From: an uncultured Candidatus Saccharibacteria bacterium
GTDB taxonomy: Bacteria > Patescibacteriota > Minisyncoccia > Phycocordibacterales > UBA9973
Reading direction: 5' to 3'
Assembly: GCA_964432275.1 (NCBI GenBank)
Contig: CAYSMH010000001.1
Location: forward strand, 11,191 to 75,190
Length of the DNA stretch: 64,000 bases
The translations under genes were made by a program, and so were the position numbers. Positions 38,925 through 49,569 of the stretch are shown piece by piece. The notes beneath the pieces were generated by a model. That model did not search any database. It saw only the letters and a program-made list of their open reading frames with translations, and was not told where the DNA came from. How positions within the stretch are numbered: the stretch's first letter is position 1; each line of letters starts with the position of its first letter.

Positions 38925-39551
38925 TTACGCCTTAAATATTCCTTCCTGGATGGCAATCATATTAAATACCATATGCACTGGTAAAATGAGAAAAACATTT
39001 TGATGTACCTTGTACAGCAAAGTAAACATGATCGCTCCTGGGATGATGAAAATCATCTTGTACCAAGGGTCTGGGAAAATAAAATGCATCCCGGCAAAAA
39101 ATGCAGCATTGAGCGTAAAGTTCACCCATGGATGGTTTGGTAGTAGTTCTTGTCCAACTTTCCATAGATACACCTAATAGAGGAAGACTTGTGCAAGCAC
39201 TCCAATACCAGACCAATACAATATTTTTTGCCAATCTACATTCCACTCCAAGGGATGAAAACGCCCCCATACAATAAACCAAATAACCCCAAGCAGTATT
39301 GCATCGATATGATCACATATGCCATCCATGGTTATGGGCATACACCCTATACTTTTTATCGTCCACATACCACGCCAAACACGTAGATATGTGGTAATCG
39401 CCACAAATAAAAATACAAGGGCAAGAACAACGGCATTGAGATGTTCGGTAGATATCCGAGTAAACTGCATGGCAGCAATACATAGCGGTGGAAGAATGGG
39501 AACCGTCGTAAATTCCCGGTACGTACAGACGAGGGATATGGGTTTTTTCAT
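38925..39551 (-). pseudogene. CPBP/Abi (CAAX-protease-like) membrane protein with an in-frame TAG at 39174-39176
   Basis: Two abutting same-frame ORFs read LAQVFLY*VYLW..FFAGMH..HMVFN; own TTGACA-16-TAGAGT promoter and terminator. Confidence 0.7.
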
Positions 39552-39636
39552 TGTGCAGATTTTTCTTTACTCTATTCCTCATATATCAAATGTCAAACAC
39601 CTCCCTGTTTCCAGAGAGGTGTTTGTTGTTAAAAAA

Positions 39637-40176
39637 TTATTTGGTGTCTTGTTTAAACGGGATACCGAGATAGGTAAAGAATGCGAGTGCTTCGTCACGG
39701 TTTTTTGCAGTAGAGACAAGAGTGATCGCAAATCCGAACACGTCCTTAAGGTCTTCATCAGAAGTTTCTGGGAAAATAGTGTGCTCTTTGATACCAAGTG
39801 TCATGTTACCAATACTATCAACAGTCTTTGGGTCAATACCACGGAAGTCTTTGGTGCGAGGGATTGCAATGTTGATAAGTTTATCAACGAAATGGAGCAT
39901 GCGTGCACCGCGAAGCGTTACCGCTACTCCGATCGGATCACCTTGACGCACCTTGAAGCTTGCAACTGATTTCTTTGCAGAACGAACAGTTGGTCGCTGA
40001 CCAGTGATTCGAGTGAGTCGGTCCATAATCACATCGTTTTTCGTACGATCTTTTTTCATGCCAGATCCAGTACCGCTTGAAATAACGATTTTGACCAATC
40101 GAGGTGCTGCAAGAACACTGGTGTATCCAGGAAGTGCTGTATGAGTAGTATCTTGTTTTTGCTTAATGATTTCCAT
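39637..40176 (-). CDS. rplE: 50S ribosomal protein L5
   Basis: ITGQRP..AKKSVASFKVRQG, PRTKDFRG, IFPE. Confidence 0.97.
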   Translation of the reverse strand: MEIIKQKQDTTHTALPGYTSVLAAPRLVKIVISSGTGSGMKKDRTKNDVIMDRLTRITGQRPTVRSAKKSVASFKVRQGDPIGVAVTLRGARMLHFVDKLINIAIPRTKDFRGIDPKTVDSIGNMTLGIKEHTIFPETSDEDLKDVFGFAITLVSTAKNRDEALAFFTYLGIPFKQDTK

Positions 40177-40186
40177 ATAAAAACTC

Positions 40187-40417
40187 TTATTTCTTTACTG
40201 CTTTCTTTTCAGCAAGCTTGAGGTTGGAGTGATGAATCGACGCTTCTCGCTCTACAATAGAACCTTTTTCGGTTTTACTTTTTGCACGAACATGCACCTT
40301 AACCTTGTTGACCCCATCGACAATCGCTCGGTCACCGATAATGCGCGCAACAGGACCCTTCGCACCTTTGTGCTTGCCAGTTATTACTATAACGTTGTCT
40401 CCTTTTTTGATATGCAT
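40187..40417 (-). CDS. rplX: 50S ribosomal protein L24 (short, 76 aa)
   Basis: MHIKKGDNVIVITGKHKG KOW motif; EASIHHSN. Confidence 0.95.
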   Translation of the reverse strand: MHIKKGDNVIVITGKHKGAKGPVARIIGDRAIVDGVNKVKVHVRAKSKTEKGSIVEREASIHHSNLKLAEKKAVKK

Positions 40418-40418
40418 A

Positions 40419-40790
40419 TTATAAAACCTCTGGTGCCAATGACACGATTTTCTGATAGCCGAGCTCACCAATCTCTCGAGGGATCGGGCCAAAGATACGA
40501 CCAGCCTTTGGTTCTTTCTTTCCCTTTTCGATCACAACAACTGCATTATCATCAAATCGGATATATGACCCATCTTTGCGACGAAATGCATTCTTTTGTC
40601 GGACCACTACTGCGTAGAGGACATCTTTTTTCTTGATCGCCTTGCGAGGTTCTGCAACCTTCACTGAAATAACAACAACATCTCCGATACCAGCATACCG
40701 GCGCTTACTACCACCAAGTACTTTGAAGACCTTACCGATTTTTCCTCCGGCGTTGTCAGTGATTTTTACGATTGTTCCATCTTGTACCAT
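40419..40790 (-). CDS. rplN: 50S ribosomal protein L14
   Basis: DGSYIRFDDNAVV, RIFGPIPRE, SLAPEVL. Confidence 0.97.
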   Translation of the reverse strand: MVQDGTIVKITDNAGGKIGKVFKVLGGSKRRYAGIGDVVVISVKVAEPRKAIKKKDVLYAVVVRQKNAFRRKDGSYIRFDDNAVVVIEKGKKEPKAGRIFGPIPREIGELGYQKIVSLAPEVL

Positions 40791-40794
40791 ATAG

Positions 40795-41055
40795 TTAACT
40801 CTGTTGTACGTTATCCGCTACTACAATGAAGCGCTTGTCCTTTGACAAAGGTCGTGTCTCGCGCAGCTCAACAATATCACCGACTTTGTGAGTATTGTTT
40901 TCGTCGTGCGCCTTGAACTTCTTGGTGATCTTGTAGTACTTTTTGTACTTAGGATGCTGCACAAAGCGTGTCACTGCAACAACAACGGTTTTATCCATCT
41001 TGTCTGAAACGACAGTTCCCTTGAGTGTTTTAGTTGTAATAATTTCTGATTTCAT
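40795..41055 (-). CDS. rpsQ: 30S ribosomal protein S17
   Basis: [29 protein letters not shown]. Confidence 0.97.
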   Translation of the reverse strand: MKSEIITTKTLKGTVVSDKMDKTVVVAVTRFVQHPKYKKYYKITKKFKAHDENNTHKVGDIVELRETRPLSKDKRFIVVADNVQQS

Positions 41056-41069
41056 AATAGTTATACTCG

Positions 41070-41486
41070 TTATACTCTCTCAACGACACGGGTCTTCAGT
41101 GGAAGTTTAGTTCCTGCTTTACGTAGCGCTTCTCGTGCAACCACTTCAGTAACACCATCTACTTCAAAGATGATACGTCCTGGAAGCACTTCCATGCAGT
41201 ATCCATCAAGATCTCCCTTACCTCCTCCCATCGGTACTTCTGCTGGCTTTGAGGTGATAGGACGGTCTGGGAAGACACGAATCCACATACGGCCAGTCTT
41301 ACCGAGGTGACGAGATGCTGCCTTACGAGCTGCTTCGATCTGGTTTGATGTGATACGAGCAAGTGACTCAGTCTTGAGCCCAAACGAACCAAAGTTGATA
41401 GTAGTACCACGAGTCTCTATACGCCCTTCCATCTTAGTTCGTTTCTTTTGCCACTTTCTAAATTTTACCTTTTTTGGAAATAACAT
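41070..41486 (-). CDS. rplP: 50S ribosomal protein L16
   Basis: [31 protein letters not shown]. Confidence 0.97.
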   Translation of the reverse strand: MLFPKKVKFRKWQKKRTKMEGRIETRGTTINFGSFGLKTESLARITSNQIEAARKAASRHLGKTGRMWIRVFPDRPITSKPAEVPMGGGKGDLDGYCMEVLPGRIIFEVDGVTEVVAREALRKAGTKLPLKTRVVERV

Positions 41487-41489
41487 ACA

Positions 41490-42173
41490 TTAACTCTTGG
41501 ACTGTCTACTGTCTTGATCTTTGGTAAAAACCTGACCTTTGTAAATCCACACCTTAATACCGATCACACCGTATGCGAGATTTGCGCGTTCACGAGCAAA
41601 ATCGATATCTGCACGAATAGTCTGCAGCGGAATAGATCCACGCTTGAGTTCTTCACTTCGTGAGATTTCAGCTCCTCCGAGTCGTCCTCCGAGATAAAAC
41701 TTTACTCCCTGCACACCACGAACCGCCATCACCTTTTCGATAAGCTGCTTCATAACACGACGGTATGGGAGTCGCTTCTCCAAACCTTCTGCAATCATGT
41801 ATGCAACAATCTTTGCATCAGCATCAGGACTAGTAACTTCGACGATTTCAAGTCGGATGTCATCTGTAACAGTAAGTTTTGCTCGTTTGAGGGCTGTTTG
41901 GATATCTGCCTTGAGTTTGGTTGCACCCTCACCAGATCGACCAATAATCATACCTGGGCGAGATGTTCGAAGAATCACTCGAATAGCTTTTTGACTTCGC
42001 TCTATTTCTATACTTGAAATGTATGAACCGCGAAGGCGCTTTTCGAGGTACCCACGAATCGTAACGTCAACCTTGAGGTTCTGAACGTAGTTTTTGTCGG
42101 TTGCAAACCAGCGACTCTTCCAATCGCGAAGTGTTACAAGACGGTGTGAATATGGGTGGACAACTTTAGACAT
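41490..42173 (-). CDS. rpsC: 30S ribosomal protein S3
   Basis: RPGMIIGRSG, GRLGGAEI, PLQTIRADID, GIKVWI. Confidence 0.97.
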   Translation of the reverse strand: MSKVVHPYSHRLVTLRDWKSRWFATDKNYVQNLKVDVTIRGYLEKRLRGSYISSIEIERSQKAIRVILRTSRPGMIIGRSGEGATKLKADIQTALKRAKLTVTDDIRLEIVEVTSPDADAKIVAYMIAEGLEKRLPYRRVMKQLIEKVMAVRGVQGVKFYLGGRLGGAEISRSEELKRGSIPLQTIRADIDFARERANLAYGVIGIKVWIYKGQVFTKDQDSRQSKS

Positions 42174-42177
42174 ACTA

Positions 42178-42528
42178 TTATTTCTTTACTTTTTTAGCTT
42201 TTAGTGGAGCGGTCCCGAGAGTAACTGTTACATGAGAGAGACGCTTGTTGATAGGAGTTGCACGTCCCATTGCGCGAGGCATAGACCGCTTCATAACAAG
42301 TCCCTTGTTTACTTCTACATTTTGTACAACAAGAGTCGCAGAATCTGCACCTGCAGTCACTGCGTTTGCAACAGCACTTTTTATGAGTTTCTGCATAGGA
42401 AGCGCACCACGCTTGACCATGTATGCAAGCGTCGTGTCAGCATCAGCAACACTCTTGCCTTTAACGGCATTTGCCACAAGGCGAACCTTGCGAGGAGATT
42501 GTTTGTAATTTGATAGTGTTGCTTTCAT
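42178..42528 (-). CDS. rplV: 50S ribosomal protein L22
   Basis: SPRKVRLVA, SAVANA, PRAMGRA. Confidence 0.97.
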   Translation of the reverse strand: MKATLSNYKQSPRKVRLVANAVKGKSVADADTTLAYMVKRGALPMQKLIKSAVANAVTAGADSATLVVQNVEVNKGLVMKRSMPRAMGRATPINKRLSHVTVTLGTAPLKAKKVKK

Positions 42529-42573
42529 GGTTAATTTTATTGAAATTATTTCCCTGACTATATTGTAAATATG

Positions 42574-42912
42574 TTACTTTTTGTCAGTTGTAGCTTTTGC
42601 TGCTTTTGCTGCTGAGATTTCAGCTTCTTTTTTCTTTTGATCGATTTCCTTCTGCATCTTACCACCGTGTCGGGTAAACTTGCGTGTTGGCGAGAATTCT
42701 CCCAAACGATGCCCTACCATGTCTTCGGTCACAAGCACTTCGATATGCTGCTTGCCATTGTGCACACCAAAGGTAAATCCAACCATTTCTGGTGCGATTT
42801 GACTATCACGAGCCCATGTCTTGATGACACCAGCTGACATAGGAGCTTTGCCCTCAATCTTCTTGAGGAGCTTTTCATCAATATACGGGCCTTTGGCGAG
42901 TGATCGTGTCAT
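42574..42912 (-). CDS. rpsS: 30S ribosomal protein S19
   Basis: [26 protein letters not shown]. Confidence 0.97.
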   Translation of the reverse strand: MTRSLAKGPYIDEKLLKKIEGKAPMSAGVIKTWARDSQIAPEMVGFTFGVHNGKQHIEVLVTEDMVGHRLGEFSPTRKFTRHGGKMQKEIDQKKKEAEISAAKAAKATTDKK

Positions 42913-42995
42913 TTCGGTGGTTTCTTTGGTAGAAAAAAGAAGCTCTTACGAGCTGATGTATAGTAGCAAATTCTAACCCAATGTCAAATATGCCA

Positions 42996-43259
42996 TTAGT
43001 CGTAGATATCGTGATCCCCTATAGAGTGAAAAAGTATTGTATCTTGCTGATTTGGGTCAAATTCAAAGATGACTCTATACGCCTGGTCAATGGAAAAAGC
43101 GTACAAACCAGCCAGTATTCCGTGTAATTTATGCGTCCTAAGCGTAGGCGCAAACGGATCCTTTCGAAAAAGGGCTTCTTTCGTTTCAAACTTTCGGATG
43201 ATGTTTTGAGGGAGTTTCTTGTGTAAACGATTGAACTTCGGTGAATATATGATTTGCAT
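42996..43259 (-). CDS. RelE/YafQ-family type II toxin
   Basis: PTLRTHKLHG..YAFSI..YRVIF..IGDHDIY. Confidence 0.85.
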   Translation of the reverse strand: MQIIYSPKFNRLHKKLPQNIIRKFETKEALFRKDPFAPTLRTHKLHGILAGLYAFSIDQAYRVIFEFDPNQQDTILFHSIGDHDIYD

Positions 43260-43265
43260 GTACTG

Positions 43266-43481
43266 CTATCGTAAATCTTTGAAGTTTTTGAGAACTTTTC
43301 CCTTACCCGCTGCTATTTCTCGACGACTTTCTTGCACCTCCGCAAGTACCTGCTGTTTTCGCCATTCGCGCAAAAGCTGTCGAATGAACTCACTTTTAGA
43401 GCTATAGTTGCCTTCTTTGACCGCAGTTTCAAGCTCTTGAGCAAGAGGTGCCGGCATTGAAATATTGACTATGGTTCTCAT
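43266..43481 (-). CDS. ribbon-helix-helix antitoxin
   Basis: IVNISMP..YSSKSEFIRQLLR; directly upstream of the toxin. Confidence 0.85.
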   Translation of the reverse strand: MRTIVNISMPAPLAQELETAVKEGNYSSKSEFIRQLLREWRKQQVLAEVQESRREIAAGKGKVLKNFKDLR

Positions 43482-43504
43482 ACCTCCTACTGTAACACAA
43501 TGTA

Positions 43505-43897
43505 TTACAGCAGTGCAACTACCTTGGGTACAAATACGATCAGACCCACGACTACCGCACCTACTACCGTCAGGAGTACTGCTCCCGCAGCGACGTCTTT
43601 GGTATCACGGGCATAGGGGTGATAGGTAGGGCTCGTGAGGTCTATATCGATCTCGAGCGCAGTGTTGAAGCCTTCTGCGACCAGTACCGACGTGATCGCA
43701 AGCACAAGCACTGCCCATTCCCCTGGACTGATCTGTAGTACAAAGCCGAGCAGCACCACAACCACTGTAGCAACCGCATGCACCCAGGCATTGTGTTGTG
43801 TCCGGAAAATGATCCCTATCCCCCGCAGTGCATGCCGGAAGCTCTGCGCCCGAGCAATGATAGAGAAGCGTTTCTTTTCTGAGAGGTTTTTGTACAT
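43505..43897 (-). CDS. dgkA: diacylglycerol/undecaprenol kinase (DgkA family)
   Basis: SFRHALRG, AEGFNTALE, KDVAAGAVL. Confidence 0.9.
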   Translation of the reverse strand: MYKNLSEKKRFSIIARAQSFRHALRGIGIIFRTQHNAWVHAVATVVVVLLGFVLQISPGEWAVLVLAITSVLVAEGFNTALEIDIDLTSPTYHPYARDTKDVAAGAVLLTVVGAVVVGLIVFVPKVVALL

Positions 43898-43954
43898 AGA
43901 GTAAGTATAGCAAAGAAAAACACCCACTTACTTGAGCGGGTGTTTTTCTGAAAA

Positions 43955-44791
43955 TTATTTCTTCCCAACTTTGCGTCTCGTAATGACGTCGTTGTTTGAG
44001 TACTTCTTGGGAGTACGAGTCTTGCGACCACCGGTAACCTTACCCCATAGAGTTTTCGGACGCTTGGTACCTCGGCCTTGTACACCTTCACCACCACCGT
44101 ATGGGTGATCGACAGGGTTCATGGCAGTACCACGGACCGTAGGACGGATACCCTTCCATCGACTTCGTCCAGCCTTACCGTAGCGAACGAGCTTGTTCTC
44201 ATCGTTGGAAACAGTACCGAGTGTTGCCCAGCAAGTATCTTGGACACGTCTGATCTCGGTCGATGGCATCTTGAGCTGCGTGTAGCCGTCGTTTTGCGCG
44301 ATGACCTGTGCAAATGAACCTGCTGATCGGACCATCTTTGCGCCAGCACCTGGCTTGATCTCGATGTTGTATACAAATGCGCCGGTAGGGATCGCAGAGA
44401 GTGGCAAACGGTTGCCTTGCTCGATAGGAGCAGTCGCAGAGACGATAAACGTGTCTCCTACTTTCACACCCTTGGGCAGTACGACGTAGCGCTTTTCACC
44501 ATCACGGTAGACTGCAACTCCGATAAATGCAGAACGGTTTGGGTCGTATTCGATCGAGTCGATACGCGCAACGATGTCGTGCTTGTTGTACAAAAAGTCT
44601 ACATCTCGATACAGGCGCTTGTTACCACCTCCTTTGTGACGAGTAGTGATACGACCCATGTTATTGCGACCTACGTGTCGCTTGCGCCCTTTGGTGAGCG
44701 CTTTGAGTGGAGTGGTGCGAGTCAAAATCTTGCGATAGTCGATCGTAAGTGTTTGTCTCTGTCCTGGTGATGTGGGTTTGCGTGATTTCAT
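43955..44791 (-). CDS. rplB: 50S ribosomal protein L2
   Basis: GRITTRHKGGG, EYDPNRSA, RGTAMNPVDHPYGGGEG. Confidence 0.98.
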   Translation of the reverse strand: MKSRKPTSPGQRQTLTIDYRKILTRTTPLKALTKGRKRHVGRNNMGRITTRHKGGGNKRLYRDVDFLYNKHDIVARIDSIEYDPNRSAFIGVAVYRDGEKRYVVLPKGVKVGDTFIVSATAPIEQGNRLPLSAIPTGAFVYNIEIKPGAGAKMVRSAGSFAQVIAQNDGYTQLKMPSTEIRRVQDTCWATLGTVSNDENKLVRYGKAGRSRWKGIRPTVRGTAMNPVDHPYGGGEGVQGRGTKRPKTLWGKVTGGRKTRTPKKYSNNDVITRRKVGKK

Positions 44792-44815
44792 AAAATTCTT
44801 GTTATCTGTGCATTA

Positions 44816-45133
44816 TTACATAATGTCAATTTTGACACCTTTGGCGACGGTAACGTACGCTTTTTTGGTTTTGCGGGCAACACCGAGCACACCCTTGCGC
44901 CAAAATGTCTTGGGTTTAACGTTTACGGTATGTACCTTAAGTGGCTTGTGTTTGTATTGCGCAAAAAATGCTTTTGCAACCTCACTCTTAGTCATACCTA
45001 CAGTGACATCAAATGTATATGTGTTTACGCTAGCAAGTTTTGCAGCCTTTTCAGTAATACGAGGTTTACGAATAACAGCTGTTGTTGCCTTTGTTTCTCG
45101 TTCTGTTTTTGATTGTGTTGTTTTAGTAGCCAT
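44816..45133 (-). CDS. rplW: 50S ribosomal protein L23
   Basis: PRITEKA, KKAYVT. Confidence 0.95.
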   Translation of the reverse strand: MATKTTQSKTERETKATTAVIRKPRITEKAAKLASVNTYTFDVTVGMTKSEVAKAFFAQYKHKPLKVHTVNVKPKTFWRKGVLGVARKTKKAYVTVAKGVKIDIM

Positions 45134-45142
45134 ATACAAGTA

Positions 45143-45844
45143 TTATTTCATCTTTGACTCAAGAGTCGGTACTGCCTGTGCGGGATCAACCATAACAATG
45201 TGACGGTAGCCCAAAAGCATAGCTGGGTTAATCTCAAGTGTTGTTACCATAGTCACCCCAGGAAGATTTGCAAAACTCTTTGCGACTGTTTCTTCAAGTG
45301 TTGGTACAACGATAAGTGCGTTAGTACGCTTTTCTGAATCGATAGCTGTAAAACCATCTGCTTTTGCAAGCGCTTTTAGGACCATAGATGCATCTTTAGT
45401 CTTGATGGTAGGAAGTGAGAGAGTATCTACAAACAGCACGTTACCCATTGCGTATTTGCGTGAAAGTACAGTGTAGAGTGCCTTGATACGAGATTTCTTG
45501 TTGATCTTTTTTGAATAGTCTTTGTCATTACGAGGACCAAAGGTAATACCACCACCAGTCCAAATCGGACTACGAGTAGAGCCGTGACGAGCTTGTCCAG
45601 TACCTTTTTGTTTCCATGGCTTCTTACCACCACCAGAAACTTCTGAGCGATCCTTGGTATGTGCGGTACCTGCTCGCTTGTTTGCAGCCATACTAGTAAC
45701 AACCTGGTGTACAAGATCTGCGTTCCATGGTGCAGCAAACACCTTCTCAGATAGAGTAATAGTTCCTGCTTTTGTACCCTTTTGTGAGTAGAGTGTCGCT
45801 TCGAGAGATACTGCTTTTTTAGTTGTATGTTTTGATGTAGCCAT
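45143..45844 (-). CDS. rplD: 50S ribosomal protein L4
   Basis: EVSGGGKKPWKQKGTGQARHGS. Confidence 0.97.
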   Translation of the reverse strand: MATSKHTTKKAVSLEATLYSQKGTKAGTITLSEKVFAAPWNADLVHQVVTSMAANKRAGTAHTKDRSEVSGGGKKPWKQKGTGQARHGSTRSPIWTGGGITFGPRNDKDYSKKINKKSRIKALYTVLSRKYAMGNVLFVDTLSLPTIKTKDASMVLKALAKADGFTAIDSEKRTNALIVVPTLEETVAKSFANLPGVTMVTTLEINPAMLLGYRHIVMVDPAQAVPTLESKMK

Positions 45845-45849
45845 ATGTA

Positions 45850-46461
45850 TTAACTCGCACTTACGATGCGTACAAGAGAGCCTCGTCGACCAGGGACAGC
45901 TCCTCCGATAAAGATCGTGTCTCCTTCTACTGCAACAACCTTAAGTCCTTTAACAGTAACAGTGTCTCCACCAGTACGTCCTGCCATGCGCATACCTTTG
46001 ACGACACGACCTCCGGCACGACCTGGTCCTCCACCGATTGATCCTGGTTCACGCTCTGAGTGTTTCTGACCGTGAGAACGTGGTCCTCCGTGGAAACCAT
46101 GACGCTTGACCACACCTTGGAAACCTTTACTCTTTGAAGTACCGGTAACGATTACACTATCTCCTGCCGCAAATACTTCTGCTGACATAGTATCTCCTGT
46201 AGCAACTTCTGCGCTATCAGTACGAAATTCTCGTACTACCTTGTATGCTTTACCACCAAGCGATCCGAGCTCTGCCTTGGTACGACGTGATTCTTTTTGT
46301 TCACCTGCACCTACCTGTACAGCACTGTAACCATCTGATTCAACAGTTTTGATACGAGTAACAGTGTTTGCTTCCACCTTGATAGCGGTCACGGGATACA
46401 CCACGCCTTTATCATCGAAGCGCTGGGTCATATTGATTTTTGTACCGATGATGAATTTCAT
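45850..46461 (-). CDS. rplC: 50S ribosomal protein L3
   Basis: DGYSAVQ, KGFQGVVKRHGF, GMRMAG. Confidence 0.97.
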   Translation of the reverse strand: MKFIIGTKINMTQRFDDKGVVYPVTAIKVEANTVTRIKTVESDGYSAVQVGAGEQKESRRTKAELGSLGGKAYKVVREFRTDSAEVATGDTMSAEVFAAGDSVIVTGTSKSKGFQGVVKRHGFHGGPRSHGQKHSEREPGSIGGGPGRAGGRVVKGMRMAGRTGGDTVTVKGLKVVAVEGDTIFIGGAVPGRRGSLVRIVSAS

Positions 46462-46560
46462 ATGTTCTTGCCTGCCACCTGGGCGGGTATTGGACCATTT
46501 AAAGCTGATTTAATTGGTAGGAGGATTATACACGGCTTTTAAAAAGGTGCAAGTTTATAC

Positions 46561-46590
46561 GCAAAAAATCCCCAAACGGGGATTTTTTGC
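46561..46590 (-). terminator. terminator between rpsJ and rplC
   Basis: gcaaaaaatcccc-aaac-ggggattttttgc; followed on minus strand by TTGCAC..TATAAT. Confidence 0.8.
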
Positions 46591-46612
46591 TGAGTATGTT
46601 CTTTTGGTGAAC

Positions 46613-46963
46613 TTACATCATTTTGACGTCGATATCGACACCTGATGGCATTGAGAGGTTTGTGAGCGCCTCAATGACCTTAGGTGATGGATTTTCAATG
46701 TCGATCAGTCGCTTGTGTACTCGCATCTCAAACTGCTCACGAGCATTTTTGTAGATGAAGGGAGAGCGATTGACTGTGTATTTCTTGATTTCAGTTGGCA
46801 GTGGGATTGGTCCTCGTACGACTGCGTCGTAGCGAATAGCCGTATCCACGATCTGCTTTACTGAAGCGTCGAGAATCTTGTTTTCATAAGCTCGGACTCG
46901 GATACGGAGCATGCTCTGTACTTCGGTACCTGCTTTTGATTTTGTTGGTGTTTTTGTTGCCAT
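46613..46963 (-). CDS. rpsJ: 30S ribosomal protein S10
   Basis: [22 protein letters not shown]. Confidence 0.97.
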   Translation of the reverse strand: MATKTPTKSKAGTEVQSMLRIRVRAYENKILDASVKQIVDTAIRYDAVVRGPIPLPTEIKKYTVNRSPFIYKNAREQFEMRVHKRLIDIENPSPKVIEALTNLSMPSGVDIDVKMM

Positions 46964-47053
46964 AGTGAATGAACTCGGTATGTGTCGGGGTGGTATGGGT
47001 GGGTTCGTCTGTTTCTACGCCATACTCCCTACTTCGATACCATGTGTCTATAC

Positions 47054-48244
47054 TTACGCAATAATCTTGGTTACAACACCAGCACCGACTGTGCGGCCAC
47101 CTTCACGGATCGCAAAGCGCATCTGGTCTTCCATCGCTACTGGTACTACCAGCTTAACAACGATTTTAACAGTGTCTCCTGGCATAACCATTTCAGTACC
47201 TGCAGGAAGTGTAACCTCACCGGTCACGTCAGTTGTACGGATGTAGAACTGTGGCTTGTAGCCGTTCACGAATGGAGTGTGTCGTCCACCTTCTTCCTTT
47301 TTGAGGACATAGACTTCACCTTCAAACTCGGTGTGTGGCTTCACTGATCCAGTTTTTGCAAGCACCTGACCACGAGTGAGGTCTTCTTTCTTTGCACCAC
47401 GGAGGAGAATACCTGCGTTGTCGCCGGCCATACCTTCCTGGAGGTTCTTGTTAAACATTTCGATACCAGTAACAGTTGTCTTTGCAGTATCTTTGATACC
47501 AACAATTTCAACTTCTTCACCAACCTTTACTGTTCCACGTTCGATACGACCAGTAACCACAGTACCTCGGCCTTCGATAGAAAAGATGTCTTCGATTGGC
47601 ATAAGGAATGGCTTGTCGACTTCACGTTCTGGAAGTGGGATGTAGGTGTCAAGCGCGTTGGTGAGTTCAAGAACCTTTTGTGCCCATTCATCATCGATAG
47701 ATGTTGACTCGAGCGCTTTGAGTCCTGATCCACGAATCACTGGACAATCCTTGTCAAAGCCTTGTTTTGCAAGGATTTCACGGATTTCTTCTTCGACGAG
47801 GTCAATCATGTCTTTATCATCAACCATGTCGCACTTGTTGAGGAACACAATGATTTTTGGCACACCAACCTGCTTCGCAAGAAGGATGTGTTCACGAGTC
47901 TGTGGCATTGCACCGTCAGTTGCTGCAACCACGATGATTGCACCGTCCATCTGTGCTGCACCAGTAATCATGTTCTTGATGTAGTCAGCGTGACCTGGCG
48001 CATCAATGTGTGCGTAGTGACGAGTCGCTGTTTCATACTCGTTGTGTGAAATGTTGATCGTAATACCACGAGCTTTTTCTTCAGGTGCGCCGTCAATGTC
48101 GCCGACACCCTTGAGCTTCACGGTGTTTCCTGCCATGTTGAGCACATGGAGGATTGCTGCAGTAAGTGTTGTCTTACCATGGTCAACGTGACCGATGGTA
48201 CCGACGTTTACGTGCGGCTTATCTCGCTTAAATTCTCCTGCCAT
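47054..48244 (-). CDS. tuf: elongation factor Tu
   Basis: [34 protein letters not shown]; start at MAGEF. Confidence 0.98.
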   Translation of the reverse strand: MAGEFKRDKPHVNVGTIGHVDHGKTTLTAAILHVLNMAGNTVKLKGVGDIDGAPEEKARGITINISHNEYETATRHYAHIDAPGHADYIKNMITGAAQMDGAIIVVAATDGAMPQTREHILLAKQVGVPKIIVFLNKCDMVDDKDMIDLVEEEIREILAKQGFDKDCPVIRGSGLKALESTSIDDEWAQKVLELTNALDTYIPLPEREVDKPFLMPIEDIFSIEGRGTVVTGRIERGTVKVGEEVEIVGIKDTAKTTVTGIEMFNKNLQEGMAGDNAGILLRGAKKEDLTRGQVLAKTGSVKPHTEFEGEVYVLKKEEGGRHTPFVNGYKPQFYIRTTDVTGEVTLPAGTEMVMPGDTVKIVVKLVVPVAMEDQMRFAIREGGRTVGAGVVTKIIA

Positions 48245-48403
48245 ATAATATATTTTAATTTTTACTAATAAACAAACAAAAACAATCAACCCGACTCTCG
48301 TCAGGCACAAAATTGATTGTCCCCTATGATACCAAGTATGGGTGCTTTGTCAATAAAATATAAAAAGTGCCAGATATACATCTGGCACTACGTTGTGTTG
48401 AAA

Positions 48404-48745
48404 CTATGCAACAGCATCTGAAAGCAAGTTAATAACTACTGCAATGTTGTCTACATGCTTGGATCCATGACAATTACCAGGGATAAATACTGTCTTTTTA
48501 TCTCCCTTGGCATCTGTTTCCACCTTGAAGTCACCCAGTAAGATTCTATTTTCTGACAATACTGATAACCTCAATGGGGTGCGACTTGTGCCGTCTTGCT
48601 TATACCTTACGGAATACTTACCCCCATTGATTGAGGCTTCCCCCTCAAAGACGTTGTCTGAAGTTTCCTGAGGTGAAACTACATGTTTAGAAAAAAAATT
48701 ACCCAGATTTTGCGGGGGGATACTGCTTACATTTTTTTGTTGCAT
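48404..48745 (-). CDS. AT-rich orphan protein between fusA and tuf
   Basis: TTGACA(48794-99)-16-TACAAT(48772-77), A-rich leader, hairpin near 48367-48389. Confidence 0.6.
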   Translation of the reverse strand: MQQKNVSSIPPQNLGNFFSKHVVSPQETSDNVFEGEASINGGKYSVRYKQDGTSRTPLRLSVLSENRILLGDFKVETDAKGDKKTVFIPGNCHGSKHVDNIAVVINLLSDAVA

Positions 48746-48816
48746 ACTATATAAAATTTTAATTTTTTATTATTGTAACAAAATTTTTTGTTTTGTCAAA
48801 AAAATACCGAGCTGTA

Positions 48817-49497
48817 CTATAGCTCGGTATTTGGGTAGATACTTAGAATGTACTCGTGTGGCTTGATCGCTTTGGACCAGTCTATGTCCGGAGCACGCTC
48901 TGGCGTAAATGCGGCCCGAGCCATCGACGTATCGATGAGGCCTGGTTCATAGAGTACGACACTACCCCACCGGTTAGATGTGTTGAGTTCGTGTGCATAG
49001 TTACGTACCGCAAGCATAGTGTCTGCATAGATTGTCTCACCTTTTCTAAAAGGGTGACCTTCGATGAAGTCTGCTGCATGCGAACCTACTATTTCGAGCA
49101 TGATACGTGAGGTATCGTAGAACTCAGCAACTGCGTCTACTATGTTTTCTTTGGTTACATAGTTGGCTCTATCTACGAGACTCTGAACCTCGTCAAATGG
49201 AAGTATTGGTCCAGGAAAACCATCGTCCCACAGGAACACACCCGCTGCAAGAAACACCCGATCAATCGGATACTTGTCATTTTTGAGCTCTTGGAAAAGT
49301 TCTCTCGTTTGCTGACGATTCTCAACATCGCATAGGAGTACGTGTATACCACTGATCTTGAGCAGTGCCTGTGCTTCAGGTTTGGACAATGAGCGAACAG
49401 GAGCAATAACGGTGTGCCCCTGTGAGACGAGGTATCGAGCGGCTGCACCACCGATCCCCCCAGTAGCGCCGGTAACAAGAATTGTTTTTTTATTCAT
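48817..49497 (-). CDS. SDR-family oxidoreductase (atypical)
   Basis: ILVTGATGGIG, PGLIDTSM; YADTM instead of YxxxK. Confidence 0.8.
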   Translation of the reverse strand: MNKKTILVTGATGGIGGAAARYLVSQGHTVIAPVRSLSKPEAQALLKISGIHVLLCDVENRQQTRELFQELKNDKYPIDRVFLAAGVFLWDDGFPGPILPFDEVQSLVDRANYVTKENIVDAVAEFYDTSRIMLEIVGSHAADFIEGHPFRKGETIYADTMLAVRNYAHELNTSNRWGSVVLYEPGLIDTSMARAAFTPERAPDIDWSKAIKPHEYILSIYPNTEL

Positions 49498-49569
49498 GAG
49501 CTAATAGTTTATCCCTACCCTACCATAAATACAAAAAACTACTCAACCGAGTAGTTTTTTGTACCTGAA

